From contig CACMRE010000002.1 of assembly GCA_902616025.1 (NCBI GenBank), positions 48 to 64,047 of the forward strand: DNA of 64,000 nt. Direction: 5' to 3'. This DNA is from an uncultured Pelagibacteraceae bacterium (GTDB lineage: Bacteria > Pseudomonadota > Alphaproteobacteria > Pelagibacterales > Pelagibacteraceae). The notes below the pieces were generated by a model. It was not told the origin of the DNA and made no database searches. It worked only from the letters and a program-made list of their open reading frames with translations. Of this stretch, positions 58,052 through 64,000 are shown piece by piece. Both the position numbers and the translations under genes were made by a program. The stretch's first letter is position 1. Each line of letters begins with the position of its first letter.

Positions 58052-58660
58052 ATGAGAGTATTTAATCCTTTTGGTCCTAAGATTGCTATAACTAAAATTC
58101 CAAAAAAAATAATAAATAAAATAAATAAAGAAGTGGATTTGATTATAAATAATAAATCTAGATCAAAAAAAAGTGATTATTCTAAAGAACTTGTCGGTCA
58201 AGTAAAACAAGAGATAAAATTATCAAATAAATTTGTAAATAAACATATTTTGAAATTTATTAAATCAAATGTGAAAAAATATATCAAGCAATGTACTAAT
58301 AAGAACGTAAAAAAAATGAATCTAAAAAGTTTTTGGGTAGTAAGACAATATAAGAATGAATATAACCCTGTACATTTTCATAATGGTAATATCTCAGGAG
58401 TTGGGTATTTAAAGATACCAAAAAATATTACTAAAGGGACAAAAAGACTTAAAACAAATGGGACTATAGATTTTATACATGGTTCAAAATCTTTTTTAAG
58501 TAATAGTTTACATAATCACAATCCTAAAGTTGGTGATATGATTATATTTCCAAATTATTTAATGCACACTGCTTATCCTTTTAAAAGAGAGGGTGAGAGA
58601 AGATCTTTTTCATTTAATTTAGATATTGATAAAAAAACATTTAATGTTTTCTATGGATAA
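58052..58660 (+). CDS. Putative 2OG-Fe(II) oxygenase
   Basis: Start ATG 58052; YNPVHFH, FPNYLMH and RRSFSFN motifs. Confidence 0.82.
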   Translation: MRVFNPFGPKIAITKIPKKIINKINKEVDLIINNKSRSKKSDYSKELVGQVKQEIKLSNKFVNKHILKFIKSNVKKYIKQCTNKNVKKMNLKSFWVVRQYKNEYNPVHFHNGNISGVGYLKIPKNITKGTKRLKTNGTIDFIHGSKSFLSNSLHNHNPKVGDMIIFPNYLMHTAYPFKREGERRSFSFNLDIDKKTFNVFYG

Positions 58661-59027
58661 GATTCAAAAAAATGTTCTTGGTGAAAAGTTAGAGGAATGT
58701 TCTCTAGATCCGTTAACGGGTTGGTATCGAGATGGCTGTTGTAATACTGATGAAAATGATCATGGTTTACACACAGTTTGTGCAAAAGTTACAACGGAAT
58801 TTTTAGAGTGGTGTAAAGAAGCTGGGAATGATTTAATTACCCCACACCCTGAATTTGGATTTCCAGGCTTAAAAGATGGTGATGGATGGTGTGTTTGTGC
58901 TACTTGGTATGCTCGTGCAGTAGAAGCTGGTAAAGGTTGTCCAATATTTTTAAAGAGTACCCACGAAAACACACTTAAAATTTTACCAATTGAAACTTTA
59001 AAGAAATTTGCAATAGATCTATCTTAA
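58653..59027 (+). CDS. DUF2237-family protein
   Basis: Start ATG 58653; NVLGE.LE.CS..PLTGWYRDG.C, GNDL.TP and WCVCA motifs. Confidence 0.88.
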   Translation: MDKIQKNVLGEKLEECSLDPLTGWYRDGCCNTDENDHGLHTVCAKVTTEFLEWCKEAGNDLITPHPEFGFPGLKDGDGWCVCATWYARAVEAGKGCPIFLKSTHENTLKILPIETLKKFAIDLS

Positions 59028-60653
59028 TTACATATTACCATACTTAGGTCCTCCACCACCTTCCGGGGTGACCCAAGTAATATTTTGTGATGGCTCTTTA
59101 ATATCACAAGTTTTACAATGAATACAATTTTGAGAATTAATCACGAACTTTTGAACATTGTTTTCATTTTGAACTTCATAAACTCCAACTGGACAATATC
59201 TTTGAGCAGGTTCATCAAATTTTTCTAACGTATAACTAATTGGCAAATTTGGATCTTTCAATTTCAAATGCACCGGTTGATTATCAGCGTGATTTGTACC
59301 CGTTAAATATACCGAGCTTGTTTTATCAAAAGTGATGATATTATCAGGTTTTGGGTACTCAATTTTTGGCATTTCATTTGCTGGCTTAAGTGTTTCGTGA
59401 TCAGCATGTTTATGTTTTAAGGTAAAAGGCATTCTACCTCTGAATAAAATTTGATCTATTCCTGTAAAAATAATACCCAAAACAAGACCCCAACTAAAAC
59501 TTGGTTTGACATTTCTAGCCTTATAAAGCTCGTCATAAACCCAGCTATTTTTGAACTTTTTCTCAAAGATCGACAAATCTTTTTTCAATTTAAAATGTTC
59601 ATCAATAGTTTCGGCGGCTATCATCCCACTTTTCATGGCTGTATGCGAACCTTTTATCTTAGGCATATTTAGCGTACCCGCATCACATCCAACAAGTAAT
59701 GCTCCAGGCATAAACATTTTCGGTAAACTTTGAAAACCGCCTTCAATTAAAGCTCGCGCTCCATAAGAAATTCTTTTTCCACCTTCAATAATTTTTCTGA
59801 TTGCTGGATGAGTTTTAAATCTTTGAAATTCATCAAAAGGAGATAAGTGAGGATTTTTATAATCTAATCCAATGACATAACCTAAGAAAACTTGTTTGTT
59901 CTCAGCGTGATATATAAAACTTCCACCATAAGTGTTTTTATCTAATGGCCAACCAGCTGTATGCATGACCATCCCCTCTTCATGATTTTTTTCATCTATT
60001 TCCCAAATTTCTTTAAAACCAATTCCATATTGTTGAGGATCTTTTCCTTTATCTAATTCAAACTTATTAATTAATTGTTTACCCAAATGACCTCTACAAC
60101 CTTCTGCAAAAACAGTTACTTTACCAATAAGATCAATACCAGGCTCATAACTATCTTTTTTATTTCCTTCTTTATCTAAACCCATATCTTGAGTTGCAAC
60201 TCCTTTAACAGAGCCATCGTCGTTATATAATATTTCACTTGCCGGAAATCCTGGAAAAATTTCAACACCAAGTGCCTCAGCTTGTTCTGCAAGCCATCGA
60301 CATAAGTTTGCAAGACTAATAATATAATTTTTATGATTTTTTTGAACTGCTGGAAGTAACCAGGTTGGCCAGCTCAAGGATTTATTCTTTCCTAAAAATA
60401 AAAATTTTTCTTTAGTAACTTTAGTTTTGATGGGTGGGTCTAATTCTTTCCAACCAGGAATTAGTTCATCTAAAGCTCTTGTTTCAAAAACGTTTCCACT
60501 TAAAATATGTGCACCTATTTCAGATGCTTTCTCTAACAAACAAATATTTAATTCAGAATTTAGTTGTTTTAATCTAATAGCTGTAGCGAGTCCTGATGGA
60601 CCTCCACCTACAATAACTACATCATATTCCATTGTCTCTCTGGACATACTCAA
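59028..60653 (-). CDS. Electron transfer flavoprotein-ubiquinone oxidoreductase
   Basis: VGGGPSG, GAHILSG, KIKGSHTAMKSG and NCIHCKTCDIK motifs. Confidence 0.96.
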   Translation of the reverse strand: MSMSRETMEYDVVIVGGGPSGLATAIRLKQLNSELNICLLEKASEIGAHILSGNVFETRALDELIPGWKELDPPIKTKVTKEKFLFLGKNKSLSWPTWLLPAVQKNHKNYIISLANLCRWLAEQAEALGVEIFPGFPASEILYNDDGSVKGVATQDMGLDKEGNKKDSYEPGIDLIGKVTVFAEGCRGHLGKQLINKFELDKGKDPQQYGIGFKEIWEIDEKNHEEGMVMHTAGWPLDKNTYGGSFIYHAENKQVFLGYVIGLDYKNPHLSPFDEFQRFKTHPAIRKIIEGGKRISYGARALIEGGFQSLPKMFMPGALLVGCDAGTLNMPKIKGSHTAMKSGMIAAETIDEHFKLKKDLSIFEKKFKNSWVYDELYKARNVKPSFSWGLVLGIIFTGIDQILFRGRMPFTLKHKHADHETLKPANEMPKIEYPKPDNIITFDKTSSVYLTGTNHADNQPVHLKLKDPNLPISYTLEKFDEPAQRYCPVGVYEVQNENNVQKFVINSQNCIHCKTCDIKEPSQNITWVTPEGGGGPKYGNM

Positions 60654-60669
60654 TTTTTTACAGATTATA

Positions 60670-61623
60670 TTATTTTTGTATAGTGTTTAATTTGTTCAAT
60701 TCCTCTAAGAACTGAGGAACTGCTTCAAAAAGATCAGCTTCAAGTCCATAATCTGCGACACTAAAAATTGGCGCTTCACCATCTTTATTGATCGCCACGA
60801 TCACTTTACTTTCCTTCATACCAGCTAAATGTTGAATAGCACCTGAGATACCAACAGCGATATATAAATCAGGAACAACAACTTTTCCAGTTTGACCAAC
60901 CTGATGATCATTACTTATATATCCTGCATCAACTGCTGCTCTTGAAGCTCCAATAGCTGCATTTAATTTATCAGCTAAAGAAGTAATTAATTTAAAATTA
61001 TCACCACTCTGCATTCCTCTTCCACCAGAAACAACAACTCTCGCTGTACCAAGTTCAGGTCTGTCTGATTTTACTTCTTCCCTTTTGATAAATTTTGTTT
61101 TTGCAAATTCTTCAACAGGATCTGCTTTTTCTATAGGAGCCGATCCACCTGAGCTTTCACATGGATCAAAAGATGTGGGTCTAATAGTTACACATTTTTT
61201 TGCATCTTTGCTTTTAACAGTTGCAAAAGCGTTTCCTGCATAAATTGGTCTTAAAAAGGTATCAGGCGCAATAACTTTAATAATATCACTTATTTGAGAT
61301 GTATCTAAAGCAGCAGCAATTCTTGGCATTAAATTTTTGCCAAAGGTATTTGCTGAACTGATAATATGTGAATAATTTTCAGCTAATTTTACAATTACTG
61401 GCGCGAAATTTTCAGCAACAAAATTTTCATAGTGAGGAGCTTCAACTTGGATGACCTTTTTGATTAATGGTAATTCTGAAAGCACTTTTGCAGCTTCATC
61501 ACAATTATGTCCAATAATAACTGCATGTACATCACTATCAATTTGAGAAGCTGCTGTACTTGCATTTAGTGTGAATGGCTTTAACTCTTTGTTATTATGT
61601 TCTGCAACTAATAAAACCGACAT
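60670..61623 (-). CDS. etfA: Electron transfer flavoprotein alpha subunit
   Basis: SGGRG, GASRAAVDAG, QVGQTGK and GISGAIQH motifs. Confidence 0.96.
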   Translation of the reverse strand: MSVLLVAEHNNKELKPFTLNASTAASQIDSDVHAVIIGHNCDEAAKVLSELPLIKKVIQVEAPHYENFVAENFAPVIVKLAENYSHIISSANTFGKNLMPRIAAALDTSQISDIIKVIAPDTFLRPIYAGNAFATVKSKDAKKCVTIRPTSFDPCESSGGSAPIEKADPVEEFAKTKFIKREEVKSDRPELGTARVVVSGGRGMQSGDNFKLITSLADKLNAAIGASRAAVDAGYISNDHQVGQTGKVVVPDLYIAVGISGAIQHLAGMKESKVIVAINKDGEAPIFSVADYGLEADLFEAVPQFLEELNKLNTIQK

Positions 61624-62372
61624 TATATTACCTTAGCTTCATTTTTTAATTTTTGAACCAACTCAGCAACACTTGAGACTTTTATTCCAGCTTTTCTCTT
61701 AGGTGGCTCTTCAACTTTAACTTGCTCGATTCTAGGAGTTATATCTACCCCTAAATCTGACGCATTTAATTGTTCTATAGGTTTTTTCTTTGCTTTCATT
61801 ATATTTGGTAATGACGCATACCTTGGTTCGTTTAATCTTAAGTCACAAGTTACTATTGCTGGAACATTAATCTCAATTGTTTCTAAACCTTCATCTATTT
61901 CTCTAGTAACTTCTAATTTACCATCTTTGATTTCAATTTTAGATGCAAAAGTTGCTTGAGGCCAATTTAAAAGTGCGCTTAACATTTGACCTGTTTGATT
62001 ACAATCATCATCAATTGCTTGTTTACCCATAAAAACTAAATCTGGTTTTTCTTTTTCAACAATTTTTTGTAACAATTTTGAAACAGCAAGCGGTTCAATT
62101 ATACCTTCGGTCTTAACAAGTATTCCTCTATCCGCCCCAACTGCTAAAGCTTTACGAACTGTTTCTTGAGCTTTCTCTTCACCAATACTTACTGCAACAA
62201 CCTCTGTAGCTTTACCGGTTTCTTTAATTTTAACTGCTTCTTCGATCGCATTATCATCAGGTGGATTAGTAGACATTTTAACATTGTCAGTTACAACACC
62301 TGTGTTGTCTTCCTTAACTCTAATTTGAACGTTGTAATCAATTACTCTTTTTACTGCGACTAAAATTTTCAT
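61623..62372 (-). CDS. etfB: Electron transfer flavoprotein beta subunit
   Basis: [14 protein letters not shown] and LNEPRYASL motifs. Confidence 0.96.
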   Translation of the reverse strand: MKILVAVKRVIDYNVQIRVKEDNTGVVTDNVKMSTNPPDDNAIEEAVKIKETGKATEVVAVSIGEEKAQETVRKALAVGADRGILVKTEGIIEPLAVSKLLQKIVEKEKPDLVFMGKQAIDDDCNQTGQMLSALLNWPQATFASKIEIKDGKLEVTREIDEGLETIEINVPAIVTCDLRLNEPRYASLPNIMKAKKKPIEQLNASDLGVDITPRIEQVKVEEPPKRKAGIKVSSVAELVQKLKNEAKVI

Positions 62373-64000
62373 TAAGCTCTCAATAATTTATTTTCAGCGT
62401 CATAAGGACTTTCATCTAATATTGTAGCTTCATACATCTTGCCTAAAATATCAACCTTAAGTTTCTCCCCTACATTAGCCAAGTCTGGTTTTACCATTGC
62501 TAATGCAATTGACTTATCTAATCTAAATCCATATTCACCACCTGTAGCTCTTCCAACAACTTTGTCATCTTTATAGATTGGATTATTGCCTAATACATCT
62601 GAGTCAGTTGTATTATGAACTTCGAGAGTAACTAATTTATTATCAAAACCTTTTTCTCTCCACTTATTTAATGCTTCGAGACCTATGAAATTTCCTTTGT
62701 TGGGATGGACAAACCTATCTAAACCAGACTCATATGGTGAATATTCTATTGATAACTCTGTTCCGACTAATTTATAAGATTTTTCAATTCTCAAACTATT
62801 CATTGCTCTTATTCCAAAAGGTTTCAGTCCTAAATCTTTTCCAGCTTCCATTAATTTATCAAAAATATGATTTTGGTATTCGATTGGATGATGTAATTCC
62901 CAACCTAATTCTCCAACAAAGTTTACCCGCATCGCATTGACTGGGGCATAACCAACATTAACATTTTTAGCTGTTAACCATTTAAAGTTTTCATTAGAAA
63001 AATCATCTGTGGAAACTTTTTGCATTAATTGTCTTGATTTTGGTCCAGCTACAACAAGTACCCCTGTACTATTAGTTAAATCTTCAAATATCACTGATCC
63101 ATCAGTTGGCATCCATTTTTGAATCCAATCGTGATCTAATCTTAAATTTGCACCTGCTGAAACAAGGTAATAGCTGTTTTCAGCCTCTTTCATGATTGTA
63201 AATTCTGAATGAACTCCACCTTTGGTATTTAGTGCATGACATAGATTTATTCTGCCAATTTTTTTAGGAAGTTTATTTGCAACTAAATAATCTAAAAATT
63301 CCTCAGCTTTAGGACCTTTAATTCGACATTTAGCAAATGCCGTCATATCTAATAGACCAACATTTTCTTTTACATTCTGACACTCTTTCTTGATTGCATC
63401 AAACCATTTTGATCTTCTAAATGACCAGTCATCTTTTTGCTCCATACCATCAGTTGCAAAAAAATTGGGTCTTTCCCAACCAAATTTTTGACCAAACACA
63501 GCACCTAAATCTTTCATTCTTTCATAACAAGGAGATGTTCTTAATGGTCTTGCAGCTGGTCTTTCCTCATCAGGATAATGAACAATAAAAACGTGGCTAT
63601 AAGCCTCTTCATTTTTTGCTTTTAAATAAGATTTGGTTGCATAATTTCCGTAACGTCTAGGTTCAACACCAAGCATATCAATTGTTGGTTCTCCATCAAC
63701 AATCCACTCTGCTAGTTGCCAACCTGCACCACCAGCAGCTGTGATACCAAAACTATGCCCCTCATTAATCCAAAAATTTTTTAATCCCCAAGCTGGACCA
63801 ACTATTGGATTGCCGTCTGGCGTATAACAAATTGCTCCATTGTAAACTTTTTTAACTCCAACCTCACCAAAAGCAGGAACTCTGTGAATAGCACCTTCAA
63901 TATGAGGTGCCAGTCGATCTAAATCTTCTTGAAATAATTCGTATTCAGAATCTTTTGAGGGTCCTTCAACATAACAAGCTGGAGCACCATCTTCATAAGG
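62372..64000 (-). CDS. GcvT-family dimethylglycine dehydrogenase-like protein (5' part outside window)
   Basis: Frame stays open from 64000 (PYEDGAP...[11 protein letters not shown]...); GWERPN and FVGELGWEL motifs; directly upstream of etfB. Confidence 0.9.
   Translation of the reverse strand, partial: PYEDGAPACYVEGPSKDSEYELFQEDLDRLAPHIEGAIHRVPAFGEVGVKKVYNGAICYTPDGNPIVGPAWGLKNFWINEGHSFGITAAGGAGWQLAEWIVDGEPTIDMLGVEPRRYGNYATKSYLKAKNEEAYSHVFIVHYPDEERPAARPLRTSPCYERMKDLGAVFGQKFGWERPNFFATDGMEQKDDWSFRRSKWFDAIKKECQNVKENVGLLDMTAFAKCRIKGPKAEEFLDYLVANKLPKKIGRINLCHALNTKGGVHSEFTIMKEAENSYYLVSAGANLRLDHDWIQKWMPTDGSVIFEDLTNSTGVLVVAGPKSRQLMQKVSTDDFSNENFKWLTAKNVNVGYAPVNAMRVNFVGELGWELHHPIEYQNHIFDKLMEAGKDLGLKPFGIRAMNSLRIEKSYKLVGTELSIEYSPYESGLDRFVHPNKGNFIGLEALNKWREKGFDNKLVTLEVHNTTDSDVLGNNPIYKDDKVVGRATGGEYGFRLDKSIALAMVKPDLANVGEKLKVDILGKMYEATILDESPYDAENKLLRA

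Noticed and set aside
1-64000. CRISPR arrays, IS elements, rRNA and defence systems
   Set aside because: No regularly spaced repeats, transposase, nuclease or toxin signatures were recognised by eye.

Overview
Gene-dense, very AT-rich alphaproteobacterial chromosome segment. Gene content, tiny intergenic spacers and overlapping stop codons suggest a streamlined SAR11/Pelagibacter-type genome; this is an inference, as no rRNA is present. The window contains rpoZ, a TctABC transporter, a polar amino-acid ABC transporter, a polyamine/SAM by-product salvage operon (mtnP-mtnA-class II aldolase-speD/speE fusion, with apt divergent), scattered surface-glycan genes and tRNA-Met. It also has an organosulfonate cluster (aminotransferase-ald / tauABC-Ldh_2 oxidoreductase-pta-hpsN), cysE-cysK, an array of 11 small co-oriented genes, a copper/persulfide locus, a Fur-box-controlled Fe3+ ABC operon, lysR-acuI-folE, hisI, and etfQO-etfAB with a GcvT-family dehydrogenase running off the right end. 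No integrase, transposase, prophage or CRISPR array was seen. The best candidates for undescribed biology are below the ORF-track cutoff or non-coding: (1) a 56-aa CxxCxxxC protein between the Fe-binding protein and permease genes; (2) a 350-bp intergenic unit at 46.77-47.12 kb with a 15-bp inverted repeat, a micro-ORF behind a perfect SD with an in-frame amber stop, and tandem hairpins; (3) a double winged-helix regulator with a 15-bp direct-repeat operator, divergent from two paralogous tail-anchored mini-proteins; (4) the small-gene array, which ends in an SMR pair lacking the catalytic Glu14. Product calls come from motif recognition only; no database searches were run.
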